From NCBI GenBank assembly GCA_051362555.1, contig CM120641.1, forward strand, positions 12,276,001 through 12,340,000: a stretch of 64,000 bases of DNA. Reading direction: 5' to 3'. Numbering within the stretch: position 1 is the stretch's first letter; each line of letters starts with the position of its first letter. The position numbers and the translations under genes are program-made. This document shows, piece by piece, positions 1 through 13,639 of this stretch. Source of the DNA: Lingula anatina. Taxonomy: Eukaryota; Animalia; Brachiopoda. A model generated the notes under the pieces. That model was not told the origin of the DNA, did no database searches, and saw nothing but the letters and a program-made list of their open reading frames with translations.

Positions 1-434
1 ACAAAGATGGTTTATAAGGCATGAAATGGTAGAATGATCAGGCACACTTAATGATGCTCAAGTTTACAATATGACCTTGTAATACAGCCTCACAGCAGAG
101 TAGGACAAACAAGTCATCATTTACATATAAATGTCATAATGGAATAATATATTCACTGTATGATGTATGTTCAGTGCAAGTGATTAAAGTCCTCTTTTGC
201 ATGCACAACTTATTTCATTAACATTTATGTCCTGCATACAAATAAAAGAAGTCAACTCCGTAACCTCCTTAAAAATAGCCTTCTAGAAGTTTATTAAAAA
301 GAAATTTTCAGCCAAGCTAAGATATCACACCTGTTAAATCCAAAATATCATTTGCTCCATTTTTCTTTTACATTTCAAGTTTAAAAAAATCATAAACAAT
401 TTTGAATATCCACACAATATATATTGCATCTCAG

Positions 435-491
435 ATTACTGGACCGCAATACGAGGAAGCATCTATGCAGGCACCTAAAATCATCTGCATG
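435..491 (+). other. Candidate 57-nt internal exon of an unidentified plus-strand transcript
   Basis: Acceptor ttgcatctcAG and consensus donor ATG|GTAAGT; length divisible by 3; two frames open (ITGPQYEEASMQAPKIICM or LLDRNTRKHLCRHLKSSA); no recognisable homology. Confidence 0.3.
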
Positions 492-1561
492 GTAAGTACA
501 GCATTTACACTCTCGCTGCAATAGTTCTTAGTTATGAATTACTGCAGCTCAATAGCACGTATACATAAAGTTGCCCTTTTGTGTATCCTAAGACTGAAGG
601 TTCTCATGTAGTTACTATGAGGTCACATCATCAATCAAGCTGAGGAACACCTACAGCAATTTAGTCATTTCTTGGTTTTAACATCACTTTTCAGCAAGTA
701 TACATGGCAAGTGTCTGGTGCCACTGTAAAGTGAATGTTGGAGTGTTAAGAATTAATGACTTAAAAAAACAGTATCTGTAAAATCCACAATTTTCCCCAC
801 TGAAAAGATTGAAAAGATTAGGACATGAGCACAGGAAGATAAAATATGGGTAGGTGAAATAGCTATCATTCCAGTAAAATTACCACATATCTGAGAATAT
901 GTGTATGTTAGAGTGCAATATTGAACAAGTTATGAAATTGTCATATGATACATCTTTACATGAAAGGGAGATTGAGAAACTGGTGAAGCCAAAACTAAGG
1001 AATTATACACAGTGTTACAAGCTACAAATCTAAAATTCCTTGTGACATATCCAGTTTCAAAAATGTCCTCCTAGTAAGCTGAATTAAGGGTTCTTCCTCT
1101 ATGAAATGAAATAAGCAGGCTCTGGAAAACACATTAGCTAAGAGATTATGAATTATTTAATGATGAAGATACTGAACACACACACACAAAAAAATTATAT
1201 TGATCGTGTACCATTTGTGGTGGATGATAAAGCAGCCCCATAATGGCCTAACCTTGTTATGGTGTAAATCAAAGTTTGAGATTCCATATATCAAAAAGAA
1301 TTTTTTATAAATGGGTGACAAGTTTTGTTTATGAGGACTGTAGCATACAAACTGAGGCAAACTCCTTAAATGCAACTGACTGCATTAAGTTTGGCTTGCT
1401 TTAAGTGATAAAGCTCACCTCTGCTGGGAGAACATTTTTAAATTAGTGTTTACACATTTTGAAATGTTGTTCAGCTGCTATAAATGTTTATATGTGACTA
1501 CTACAAAGGATATCTGCATTTCAATATACTGAGCTAGGTTTATTCTAAATATAATACCTAC

Positions 1562-2130
1562 AACAGAACACAACCCACTTGTCTAGGGGAAATCTCAACA
1601 CAACCCCCTTCTCCAGTACACCCCAACACAATGCCCACTTCCTTTGTAACCCATGCACTCTTACAGTGAGTATTCCAACACAACCCATATTCCCACACAT
1701 ATCCCAACACAATCTTCCTTTACCATGCATTCCAACACGATATGCTTTTACAGAAATAACTCAACACAATCTTTTCTCACAACCTACTTCTCCCAAACTT
1801 CCCACCACAGCCCTCTTCTGCATATCCCAACACAACCCACTTAACTTGCACAACTACAAGCAGAATTGCAACACAGCCCACTTTTCCGGAACATGACAAC
1901 AATTTATTTTCACAGGCAGAATCCCAACACAACCCACTTTGCCCAAGTATCCTAACACAACCCACTTTTCCCACACATCTCAACACAACCCACTTCTTCT
2001 ACACAGTCCAACACAACCCACTTCACCCACATATACAAACACAACCCACTTCACCCAAAGATCCCAATTGACACAACCCACTTCTCTGCACATCCAAATG
2101 CATTGTAAACCCACTTCTCCCACACATCCC
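1562..2130. repeat. Degenerate ~28-29 bp C/A-rich minisatellite, core CAACACAACCCACTT
   Basis: Core recurs with ~29-bp period, cleanest at 1921-2095 (e.g. atcccaacacaacccacttt, cctaacacaacccactttt, ctcaacacaacccacttct); explains the T/H/P/Q-rich spurious ORFs here. Confidence 0.85.
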
Positions 2131-4603
2131 AACTTCTCATGCATGGACACAATGCCTCAACCTTTATACATTCCAAAACAAACCTACTATTAAACCCACT
2201 TGCATAATACTACTACTGTGTTAGCATACCTACAAAAACAAGCTCACTATTCTAAATCACATCTCAATACAAGGCCAGAGTTAGCAGTTTATTCTTCCTC
2301 CCATCCCAACATCCTATCAGCCCAAATCTTTCATCATCAACTAGTAGCATCACCATAAAGAACAGCATCTTTAAAGCAAACTCTTGTGATATGTTTCACA
2401 AGTCGCTTTTTTTTTCACCAATCACCATTGTTTGCTCTGGGTTCATACATCAAATATCACAAAGTAAGTGGACCAAACCAAGTACTGATAGGAGGCCTTA
2501 TCAATTCAGCCCTCTCTTAACTGCAAGTCTTTATTCTGCCTAGAACACCAAGCTTATGATAGCACTCAGCATTTGTGAGGACCCAGAGAACTGAGAAAAC
2601 CCGAGAATAAATTAAGCTATTAGTCAAAGTCAACAGACTAAAGGGTTTGATATTGATTCAACCGCCTTTCCTTGTTTCTGCCTCCAACACCTGTCAGTCT
2701 TGATTCAAACCTTGTTACTCAGAAAACCAACCACAGCCATTAAAACACAAAAAAGTATGTATGTCTTCTAAGCTTGTATCTTCCTATCATAAAGTGCATC
2801 ACAAAGATGACATTAATGATCATTACGGATCCAGGCAGCAATATCCTCCTTCTTGTCAGGTCAACAGGACTTTTATTAATTATATCTGGTTAATGTGATT
2901 GTGTAGGACTGTTAGCATTAATCTGCTGCCACCCCCATCTTTGCAAACTAAAACCATCTTGCTTTTACAGGTTACTTGCATAATATAGTATTGCAACAGA
3001 TGGTTGTCAACATAACATGAGATTTCTCAAAATGTGCAGCTCCTTTTGAAATTGCATGTGTGTCATGAGCCCTTGAAATAGTAAAATAGTATATAAATGG
3101 TCACGTATGTATATTTGCCTTTCTGTTCAATACTGTTTATTTATTCTGTTATATACTTCTTTTCTTTTAAATTAGTGTTCACACAAGTATGTAATTGAAT
3201 GTATTTGTTTTAAGATTGTTCACTCATTTGTTAGGTTTGGACGCCTCCAAAAATATAACCATCAAGTTCCAATATACGTCAGAGATAACCCACAGATGAT
3301 CACAGCCAGCTTATAGTGCTGTAGATTGTAGGAATTTCAGACAAATGAAGTCCAAGGCTGAGTATCTAAACAAATCAATACATGACAATGCATATCTCAC
3401 ACCTGAACAGAGAAAGCCAATTACTGATCCTTGAAGGCTTCAGCATTGCAAATCTCATGATTTGTTTACAAGGATCCATATTTTCTTCTTAATCCCATAA
3501 GATGATAGACTGCATGCTGATATCATGCCATCAGTGGCAGAAACTCATCTATGAATTATACTGAAAATGGATGAAAACAATATTGGCTACATTTCCAGGA
3601 AGCTATTACAAATAATCATGTTCTTCAGAACAGATACTGTTCTCATCAAGTATGGATATCCATAACCGCCAAGTACCACATATCCTATCTTATACATTAC
3701 GAGTAAATAAACTAAGTGCTAAACACTTTTTTACCATGCTCACGCTCAAATTTATGTTAAACATGATGGCACTTATTTATATCCCTCCATGTATATGTAG
3801 GTGCCCAATATCCTGTCAAATTAGGAATTAAATTGCTGTATACTGCATTATCCATCAAGGTTGTGCCAATGGCTGCCTTATGTTGTGTCTGTCTACCATC
3901 TAAATGAAAATGAACAGGACAACAAGCAAAGAGGAAAAAAAGATCTGAACAGTCAGGATCAGTAGAGGTTCTTCACCTTTAAAATGTCACACTGCTCATC
4001 AAAATCAATCAAATTTAAGAAGGGAGTCCATAAAAGTGCTATTGCCCTAAATTTGGTTAGTTTTATTTAACCAATGGAAGCTGAATCAAGTCCCAAGGAG
4101 TCTGCCACATTCTTGAATTTTAAAACACACTTATTGTTAGATGCAAAAATGTGATACTGTAGATCTTCAAGATACCCAGATTTCTGTATGATACCAATGA
4201 TGACGGTAATTTAAACGACTCTGAAATTTTTATATTATGATAAATTACTGAGTTGGTTGAATGATGCATTTTGTTTTAGATAGATTTTATTGAATTCACA
4301 GATGTAAGTTTCTGTTGGAATATTCTATCATCTTCAGTAAGAGTATAATTCTTCACATAACCAGATTTTTGCATTTGTTCAAAAAATCAATTAATTGAAC
4401 ACATTTGATATCCATTGTATTTCATCATTTGAAAATTAATACACAAAAAATAATTAAATTAGTTAATTTAATTAAATGACCTGCTAAGATAGGTGGTACA
4501 CAATTAAGTGGATCACACCACTTTCCAGACCTTTCAAATATTACACAGATTTGGTTTGTCTAGCACAGCCAAGGGATTCCTAGCTGCAATGTTTTAAAAA
4601 TAC

Positions 4604-4775
4604 CAGGCCCATAGCCAGGGGGGTTCAAGGGGTTCAAAGGAACCACCCATATTTGCTGGGAAAAGGTCCGCTCTGAGTAAAAATTGATCTAGATACAAGA
4701 AGGTTTCATGGTAAAAGGTCCACTTTTTCAGAAAAAGACCCCCCCCCACCTTTGAAATTGCTGGCTATGGGCCTG
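4604..4775. mobile_element. Non-autonomous hAT-like MITE, copy 1
   Basis: 15-bp TIR CAGGCCCATAGCCAG...CTGGCTATGGGCCTG; flanks aatac/aatat (5-bp TSD, 1 mismatch); near-identical copy at 20392-20561. Confidence 0.85.
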
Positions 4776-4974
4776 AATATATCATTTGTACATATCAATT
4801 TTATCTTTGGAGCTTTGGGATGTGGACTAATACACAACAGATATGCTGACAGAAGTGACAAAGCTATCTATTTAACTGAAGAGTTCGTTTGTAAGTTTTC
4901 CTGGTTAACCATCTCTGTCAAAATAGATGTTTAGTGATAAGTTTAGTATGCCTGTATATATCCATCCTCACACC

Positions 4975-5145
4975 AGTCTACCCATCTGTCTATCTGCTTG
5001 GCTGCCTTTGATTCATCTTTACATCAGCCTATCTGTCTGTTTGTCTGTCTGTAAGTCTGTTCATCTGTCTGCCTGTGTGTCTACATGTATTTCTGCATTC
5101 CCACTGATCTGTATGTCTGTCTTTCTCCCTACCTATCTGCCTGAT
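4975..5145. repeat. Degenerate (TCTG/TCTA)n simple repeat
   Basis: Runs such as atctgtctgtttgtctgtctgt, ctgtctgcctgtgtgtct, ctacctatctgcctg. Confidence 0.65.
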
Positions 5146-6001
5146 AATAGGACAGCACTGCATGAGAATAATGAACATTGCTTTTAAATCTACAATTAAT
5201 GTTTCACTTAGACAAGGATCAATCAAGTGCATTTGGGAGAGATGTATCTGCATCTGTGAATCCGGGCATGTTTTGAAAGATAGTTCACCACAGCAAACTG
5301 GGACTATGTATCACTGTTGTAGCATAACTCCACTAACTCATTAATCAGTTAACACATGACTCTATGACTACATTTTGACAACAGGACCTGGGACAAAAGG
5401 GTCACCTGAGTAAAGATTGAGCAGGCTCCTGTATGAGGTAAAAGTTCAAGAATCCCTATAGGATCTTAAAGCAATTACTGCCTTCTGTAGTCTTCCCATT
5501 TCCTTTTTTTAATGTAAGTCAGGTGGAGAAAAATATGTTCTTAAAATATGAACTGTTAAGATATTTTTGAATTAGGGACTTGGGAACTCAAGAGAGAGAG
5601 GCAGTCCAAAATTAACACAAACTTGTTAAAGACACCAGAGTAATATTCCACTGGACTGTTCAACAAAATGGTTTAAATCAAAAATTTGTATAAACAAAAT
5701 CTGCTATGAATAAATTCCTTTTCACAAGAAATCCCAACTGCCATTTTTTCAAACTTTTAAATCAGCTCCTAGAGCAAAATGTAATAGTCTTGACAATGTT
5801 CTTAATTCTTAGAGTCAAAAACAGCTATGTATCAACTAGCTACATTCAATATTTGTACAATTAATGCTCCATTGCCAAAAATACAAATTCAACTTTTTCA
5901 AAACCAAAAATGATGCATGCTTGCATATCTGACAATGCATAATATCTTCAAAACTACTGTGCAAAAAAGGAAAAATGTATATGTCAAATTCAAGGAAGTG
6001 A

Positions 6002-6002
<1 letters not shown>

Positions 6003-6053
<51 letters not shown>
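6003..6053. repeat. Poly(A) run, 51 nt
   Basis: Uninterrupted A run. Confidence 0.95.
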
Positions 6054-6054
<1 letters not shown>

Positions 6055-6589
6055 GACCTCCAGTCACAGCTTTTTTAATGTGACATTTAAAGTAAACCTT
6101 TAAAATAAATAGACCTACTATTTTCAGATACAGATAATGATGGTTGGATCAAACCTGTCAGAAATACTTGTTATCTTAATATGTAAGACAATCAGAATCC
6201 CTATGATTATAGCACAGTGCTTTTCCCAAGATCTTTTCAGTATGTAATCCCTTACCTAAAAGCTACCTTTATGTTTCATGCACCAAAAAACAAAAATAAA
6301 AATAATAAAATAAAATAAAAAGGAAAAAAGGAAAAAATCAACAGGTTATCTAATTATTTGAATTAGTATATCTGCCAAACCAAAACCTTTAAATAGCAGT
6401 TGACAAATAATATCTGTCAATAGAAAAATGCACGGAAAGACTGCTGTCAGCTTCAACAAATGGATTCCACATCTTTGATAAAAAAGAACAGCACAGCTGC
6501 CAGTTTGCAAATACCTAATACCATATTTAAACAAGGCAGCAAAGCTGTCAAATGTACAGACAAAAAGCAGAAAACAATGATACACAAAA

Positions 6590-7500
6590 AGGTCACTGTC
6601 AATTCTGATGCAATAATACATTATGCTTAACACCAAAGTCCAAAATTTAATTATGCACAACAGGTAATTAAAATGGATAACTAACATAAGGTTTCAGTTT
6701 ATGCTTTGAAAATGCCAGAATGAGAAAAATGAAAATATAATTTTAAACAATTACATTAATTCATAAAAAATAATTCCATCCAGTTGGTTTTCCAATTTGA
6801 ACTGTATGTCAGTCCTAAGAACAATTCTTGTAAGTTACAAAACAATAAGTTTTCTTTCCATAGCATTTGTGATGGCAGTGCACAAAGTAGGTTTTTTGTC
6901 AATTCTGATGCAATATTACATAATGTTTAACAGCACAGTGACCATCAATTTTTAATAATAAAAGTATCATGGATATTCAGAAAATGTGACTACCAAAGGT
7001 CTTCAAGTCTATGGAAGTTCAAAGTCACACCCTGAAAATGCCAATATGTGAGAAAGCCATTATTTTAGTCCTATTTCATTTTTAAGTTTTACGGTAAGTG
7101 GTCACTATGGCAGCAATGCCCAAAACAGGGTTTTCTTCAATTTTGTTACAATATTACATAATGCCTAACATCATAAATACCACCAATCTTTAAGTATGCA
7201 CTGCAGGGAACAACTTTTAAAACAAAATATGACACAGTTTTTATGATATCTGTAATGTTGGAATGCTGAAAAAAGCAAAAAACAGCATAACTTTTGGAAA
7301 AATGGTCTGATCAATCTGATTTTAGAACTTATCCTGTATTTCAGTAAGAATGACCACTCCTGACAACAGGCCTAATGGTTTTTGTTGAAATGTGTTATCA
7401 GTACTGCATGTATGTTGAAAAAAGCAGAAAAACAGCATAACATTTAAAAAATGACCCAATTATGCTGATTTTTAAACTCGGCCTGTATTTTATTAATATT
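6590..7500. repeat. Old element with internal degenerate repeats (possibly a Helentron-associated non-autonomous element)
   Basis: Block gtcaattctgatgcaat..taca.aatg.ttaaca recurs near 6598, 6898 and 7137; block atg.tgaaaaaagca.aaaa.cagcataac...tgatttt.aact..cctgtattt recurs near 7263 and 7412. Family assignment is inference. Confidence 0.5.
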
Positions 7501-8523
7501 CATCAGTTCCATAAGTAAAAATTTTTTCCACATATCCTGTTATCACTGAAAGTTTATGGCAATGGTGATGAAAGCCAGCAATTTCAAAAAAGGGATTTTT
7601 TTCTTAGTAAATAAGGAAAAGTTGTTAGCAGCAGTCTAAAGTTAAAAACATATTTTTTTAATGTTTCAAGGTGTACAAAAAGTTAAGTTGGTAATTAATG
7701 TATCCTATCAGGCAATTAAAGTAATTGGAGAGAAAATGTACAGAAGAACACCAGAACTTTTTAAAGGTTTCTTTAAAAACTTTGAGTATATAAAACAACA
7801 ACAACAACAACAAAAGGCATGTCCAGGGAACAATGTCTTATACTGACAATATGAAAATTATTAAACAGGACATTCTTTTCTTAAAATCAGATACATCAAG
7901 ACAACCAAATAAACTCAATGGATTAATCATGAACTGGAAATAAAATATTCAACCAAACCATCCTAAAATAAGTCCTACACATACACATTCTTTGGATGAT
8001 GCTCTGACACAAGACTGACTGAGTGATGAAAAAAGTAAAGAGGACACTTAACCATCATGGACTTATTATTGAATTCAGTATAAAAAAAGGTTGTAGAAAT
8101 GACCTGGCTGTCAAGGCAGATTAGCACAGAAATGAGTAAGATGTGAAGTAAAGTGGAAATAGAATTTGCAAATTACCAAAATCAGATTGGCAAAAACAAA
8201 TCTAAGCATATTGATGATCTAAATCAAAATCTGTTTGCCCTGTGCATGGTAATTATTAGACATCTGCTGAGGGCTTCACAATCCAATCAAATTCAATAAC
8301 TTGCATTTTGAACTGTTGCAAACCAAAAAGAATAATGGAACAACACAAGGTGAAACTGAACAATTACATGTCTTCACAGTGTTTAATCCAAAAGCAAAAT
8401 TAATCATCTCAAAACTAGAGGATCAGAGCAGTGATACTGCCACCAGGTATTGTCCCACCAGTGAGATTTACCTCATTCAGATTAAATGGTAACTATGGAT
8501 ATATTCGTTTTAGTTAAGAAATA

Positions 8524-9000
8524 GGGACCATTCCCACAGATATTTGGATCGATCTATCTCCCTGGGGAGTCTTACTAAATTGCTATTAACTTGACCAGCT
8601 TAAATGTCTGTCAAGCCTAGTAAAGCTGTTAGGGGGTAATTATCTTTACCCTATAGCTGATTCGGTAGGCGTGACAGACATTTAAGCTGATTAATTCATC
8701 ATCATCATCATTGCTCTTCGTCCCGCGTGGGACATAAGGCCACAGTCACTTCTTTCCATTTGGCCCTGTCTCTGGCTACGTGCTGGGCCTGTCCCCATGT
8801 AAGGTCCCCCTCCCTCAGCTCTGCCATCACTGTTCGGCGCCAGGTGGTCTTGGGCCTTCCTCTCTTTCTTTTTCCGGGTGGTGTCCATCTCAGAGCTAAT
8901 TAATTAAAAGCTGATTAATTAGTTGATAACAATTTAGTGAGACTCCCCAGGGAGTTAGATCGATCCATGCAAATGGATCATTCTTGGCATGGGAACCCAG
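8524..9000. mobile_element. ~245-bp foldback (palindromic) non-autonomous element, copy 1, interrupted by an RTE insertion
   Basis: Starts GGGACCATTCCCACAGATATTTGGAT; internal inverted arms (ctccctggggagtc..taaattgcta / ta.caatttagtgagactccccagggag); uninterrupted copy at 46823-47067. Confidence 0.85.
8697..8907 (-). mobile_element. 5'-truncated RTE-clade LINE 3' end with 13-bp TSD
   Basis: Minus frame reads LRWTPPGKRKRGRPKTTWRRTVMAELREGDLTWGQAQHVARDRAKWKEVTVALCPTRDEEQ*, the typical RTE ORF C-terminus (W.P.GKR..GRP..TW...A.DR..W); (TGA)n tail; TSD aagctgattaatt at 8684-8696 and 8908-8920. Confidence 0.92.
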
Positions 9001-9039
9001 TCATAGGGTCTGGTAAATATGCAAATTCCAGTGCAAGGG

Positions 9040-9945
9040 AAAGAATAGGTCAAAGGTCAAATTCAGGGTGACATTTATACCCCGTTCACACTACAGTCAT
9101 TTGTTCCAATAAATAGCGAATTAGGTCCCGATTCGAATAACTGTAGTAGTCTGAATGCATGGGGATTTTTGTAAAACGGATTTTCAAAATCCTGCTAGCG
9201 AGCTGGATTTTCTTCAGCGATTCGAAGAATCAACACCTGTACAGATCTTACTGCGCATATGTGCAGATAAGTGCGGGTATCTATGAATGCTTGTTTATTA
9301 CTTTAGTGATTGCACCAAACGTATTTGGAGGTCACCACTCACTACAACATGAGGAAACATAAACTTATTTTAATTGCCATCTTATACTTCCCAAGAATGC
9401 TGGAATGTCTTTTGAGTTGCATTTGCCGTTACACTTTTTTGTTGGTATTTTGAGTTTTCTTGTGCATTGCATTCTTCAGTGTTCAAAACAGGAAGTTAAA
9501 CCTGAATTTTTCAACATGGGATTCGGTTTCGCTTCGGGAGTGTGAACGCAATACCGAATCGAATTCCTCACAAAAAATTCGAATTATAGAAATGCGCATT
9601 TTTGCAATTGTAGTGTGAATGGGGTATAAGATTGCCAATACAAGACTTCCTATTCTAGTTCAGTTTTGACTATGGGCATATCTATGCCAATTTTGGAGAC
9701 AAAAGGGTGGGAAATTATGCCAAGTACAGTTTCAAGTGAAAAGAAGGTCAAATTTCAAATTCAAGGTCAAAATAAGATTGACAATATATAACTTCGTGTT
9801 CAAATTCAATTGTAACTTGGATGTATCTCTGCTAGTTTTGGAGATATATTATAATGGCTGGAATATTTGTGAAGTACAGTTTGTGGTGAAAAGTAGGTCA
9901 AAGGTCAAATTCAAAGTCACATTAAGATTGCCTTTATATGACTAA
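9040..9945. repeat. Three ~150-bp units of an AGGTCA-rich tandem repeat, first unit interrupted by a MITE
   Basis: ggtcaaaggtcaaattca.ggt.a.a.taagattg motif at ~9047 (split by the insertion), ~9746 and ~9895. Confidence 0.7.
9078..9626. mobile_element. PIF/Harbinger-like MITE
   Basis: TIR TACCCCGTTCACACTACA / TGTAGTGTGAATGGGGTA; TWA flanks (tta/taa); the empty-site sequence acattaagattg is visible in the sister repeat unit at ~9919; CpG retained. Confidence 0.8.
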
Positions 9946-10090
9946 TGTGTGCGCCTGACTTAATTACCCCTTAGCTGGTGGAGGAGGCGTGTCAGACAAT
10001 TAAGCTGATTACACTGGCTGCACCTACATAGCGAGAATCCCTGCAGGGATAGATCGAACCTGCTCCGAAGTTTATTCTGAATGCTCCCTA
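9945..10090. mobile_element. Partial, diverged relative of the GGGACCATTC foldback family
   Basis: ggcgtgtcagacaattaagctga and gggatagatcga match the family arms; ends gaatgctccct (reverse complement resembles agggaccattc). Confidence 0.55.
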
Positions 10091-11149
10091 ATATAAGGGT
10101 CAGTAAGGGATAAAATGACATTTATTAGACTTGTTGTCAAGCAACGAACTGTTTGATTGACATCTTTTTCAAAGTTAGCTGGGTTCAAGAGGAAAAATTG
10201 ACTTGAACAATGAAACTTTCAACCTACTGTAGTGTTCAGTTAATATATTGAGAATAATTATGGATTTCATACAAGAAGAGACCTATTTTAGAGAGTCACT
10301 AAAGAATTATGTTGTCTTTGTATGTCTGAGATATGGTTTTCCTCAATACACCAATCTTAAATTGAAGTTCACAAAATTTCCACATCTATTTTTTACCCTT
10401 ACCATCTCGTTTTAATAGAATTTGAGCATTGCAACATTATACTCTTAAACCATAAGGCAAACAAAAAATAAACACCACTTCCAGTGTTGCACCTGACAAA
10501 ACGCTACAAACAGAGGTTTCTAACTTTTAGGGTTCAAGATAAGAGAGAGTTTTTGATGATCAGCATCTAATGGCTGCTTCTCCCATGTAAATGCAGCAAC
10601 TGATCCCAAACTCACAAAGATGAAAGGAGACCTCATGTGTAACTCCTCACCATAATATGAAAGTTTATGTCTATGTAGTTATTGAAAATCGGCCCAAACA
10701 ATTTTTTTTCAGAAAAAATGAAATATTTACAAAATTTTGAAATGTTTGATCTTGGAATAAAAGTCAAATTTCAAATCATATGTATTTGAAATCTCCACCA
10801 GTGACTCTTGGTCAGACTTCTATACTTGTAGTAAAACCTCCCATAATTCCTTTTATTTGAGAAATAATTCAAAAGCATCTACTTTTCAAAAATGTTGACA
10901 AGGGTGCAATGATAAGTCCTGGCACCAACACAGCTCAAAACCCAGGGGGATCAAGTTGAGATTATATTTGACCTAAATCCAAGTGATAAAAAGACAGGCT
11001 CTTGTGGTGTAGGAGGAGAAGCGGTGATGGTGACTTGCAACTGACAACAGAACACAGAGCCGACATTTATAAAACCATGAATACTGCTAGCACTCACACT
11101 GGTGATACAATAACCTAACCTTTCAGGCAGAATTATTTAAAATATCCAC

Positions 11150-11427
11150 AGGATACAATTACTTCAGTATAAAAGATGCCATTCAGGTCTACAATCAGTC
11201 TTCTGGAAAAACAATTGCACAGAATGACCGATTTGAAGTTCAAAATATGCTATTTCAAGTAAAATTAATGAAACCATTATATTTTATAAGGATATGATTA
11301 CTTCAGTATAAAAGATGCCATTCAGGTCAACAATCAGTCTTCTGGAAAAACAATTAAACAGAATGACTGATTTGAAGTTCAAAATATGCTATTTCAAGTA
11401 AAATTAATGAAACCATTATATTTTATT
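11150..11427. repeat. 139-bp direct tandem duplication
   Basis: 11150-11288 and 11289-11427 both start aggata..attacttcagtataaaagatgcc and differ at only a handful of positions. Confidence 0.95.
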
Positions 11428-12782
11428 ACTGTCCCTTTTTTTAGAGATGACTAGTCTTGGCAACATGCGATTAGGAGGTTGGTACATTTGTATAATTCTT
11501 ATCTACGTCATTTATTCACCCAAGCAATGATCTTCTTTAAGCCAAACGGTAAATTATAACAATCTAGCCTTTTTGCAATGCTCCCTGTTTTTCTTGTTAC
11601 ATTCAGGACTTTTTACCACCTAGGATTTGTCAAAAAAAAAAAAAAAAAAAAAAACTCATGGCCATATTTTCTATCAAACATTTTGCACATGAAAAAACAA
11701 TTGTCAGACATTGACAGTGATTTCCACATAAGTAACACAAAACTGTTATTCATAAAATGGTATCTTATATCAAAAGAATGTCAAAATTAACGAAACAACA
11801 AAATGGACTTGCCAATAAATGTGCCAAAATCCTGGATTGGTAAAAATGTACATATTTGCAGATTTGTCAGGTTTAAAAAAGGACTATTTTTTGTGAACAT
11901 ACCAAGATTCAAACTTGTGGTGGGATTCAAGTTCAGTTCCATTACTGACAGCTTAGCTTATCAGGGTTTTTAGTCACACACTTAAACTGCCATTTATATC
12001 AAACATTTAAAATACCAAGATTTGTAACTTAGTTCCTTAAAAAAACCTAACTTTTGACCCAAGATCCAAACATATTAAATGGCAATCCCCAATAAAAAAT
12101 GATCATAAACAAAAGATAATTTTGGTTTTTGTAATGAATCATCTCTATTGAAATTCAGAGATAAACTGCTATGTTTTCATAACCAATATAGTTTTTGCGA
12201 AGCTGCCATAATTGGTCCATTGTGTAATTAATATCCATTAGATAGTTTCTATCCTTCAACATGTATCAGTCACATGTAAGCATACAATCAATAATCACAT
12301 TTCACTACTATATTTATTAAAAAAAAAAAATCTAAAAATTCCACTGCTATATAGTTATTTTAAGAAGAAATCTAACTCATTAATGCAATTTATTTACATA
12401 GCTTGCAGTGAAGAATGTCAGTTAAATTGTTGGTATAATGTGGAAAGTAAGTACGTATACTGTTTTCTGCATATACCAAGTCCACTAATGTATATGCTAA
12501 ATAAGTGAAGACCATTTCACTGGATTGTGAAAATAAAACATACTTAAAAAACATTCATATTGGTCCATTTTAACAATGCCCTCCTCTTTGATATCTTTGA
12601 TCATTTCAAATATACTTGCTGCCACCTCTGTTCCCATCAATGTGCCATGCCAATGTTTATTTTATTTTTCCTTTTCACTGGATAATAAGAGATAAAAGCT
12701 CTGAACACATGGGAATGGATATTGTGAAAAAAATATGTAGAAAATGGGCCTGTAATGAGTTTTCTGTCATGTGAAATAATCT

Positions 12783-12783
<1 letters not shown>

Positions 12784-12836
<53 letters not shown>
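12784..12836. repeat. (CA)n microsatellite
   Basis: Pure AC run. Confidence 0.95.
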
Positions 12837-12842
<6 letters not shown>

Positions 12843-13639
12843 CAACATTTATGAAAACACATGGCATATTCTGACACATGCTCCCACCTGTCTGTGCAAT
12901 TGTCCACATCACAATTTAAACTTAACGTGGATGTGATTTCCATAAATTGCTAGTAATATCATGAATAAATTGTGGTGCATATGTCACTGTGTGTTTTATC
13001 TGTGTACACTGTGGGCGAGTATCCTTATTCTTATCATGATCACGCTCTGCATGACTTGGAAATTAGCATTCAGCAAAGTCACAAATGAAATTAATTTCAT
13101 CAGTGATATTCTCGTCACAATTCTATGAATACAAAATAATCATTTAATTAATTTTTCAAGAAACATTATCAACAGAATCATATTAACTTGAATAATTTAT
13201 GTATTATGGGTTATATTATGTAAGTATTAGATCCACAAAGGACAATGAGAAAATAAAGACAAGTGAGAGAAAGACAATGTATTATCTTAATTCTCAAACA
13301 AAGTCTTGTTTGCTAAAACACTACAGCAGCATGCTATTAATAACTGTAACAAACAGACAGAATAAAAAGAAACAAGGCAGAGACAGCCCTAATTTGGACA
13401 GACTGTAAATGTAAGCAATTTCACTAATTACCAGCTTCAATATGCTGAGAAAAATTCAGTCTTAACTACACTGGAAAACAAAATGTTACCTATTGTGTAG
13501 CGCAGTCCATCAACGTGAACAATGCATCCACGTCGGTTGACAAGGCTAGAAGTGTCACTCTTGGCCGCAGATAATGGGCGACGAGGTGACGGGGGTAGAA
13601 ACCCCCCAGAATTTGGCGGACTTTTACTCATATTGTTCT

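Noticed and set aside
1562-2130. CRISPR-like repeat/spacer appearance
   Set aside because: Core only ~15 nt and degenerate, linkers ~14 nt and related to each other, no cas genes, eukaryotic context: a minisatellite.
6003-6053. Poly(A) tail of a processed pseudogene or retrocopy
   Set aside because: No upstream coding remnant, poly(A) signal or TSD identified.
8691-8888. Track ORF MDTTRKKK...MMMMMN
   Set aside because: Wrong frame of the RTE fragment; the poly-Met comes from the (TGA)n tail.
11900-11960. Possible tRNA-derived SINE head or tRNA on the minus strand
   Set aside because: Only faint box-like similarity and no cloverleaf; no tRNA, rRNA or snRNA gene could be supported anywhere in the window.
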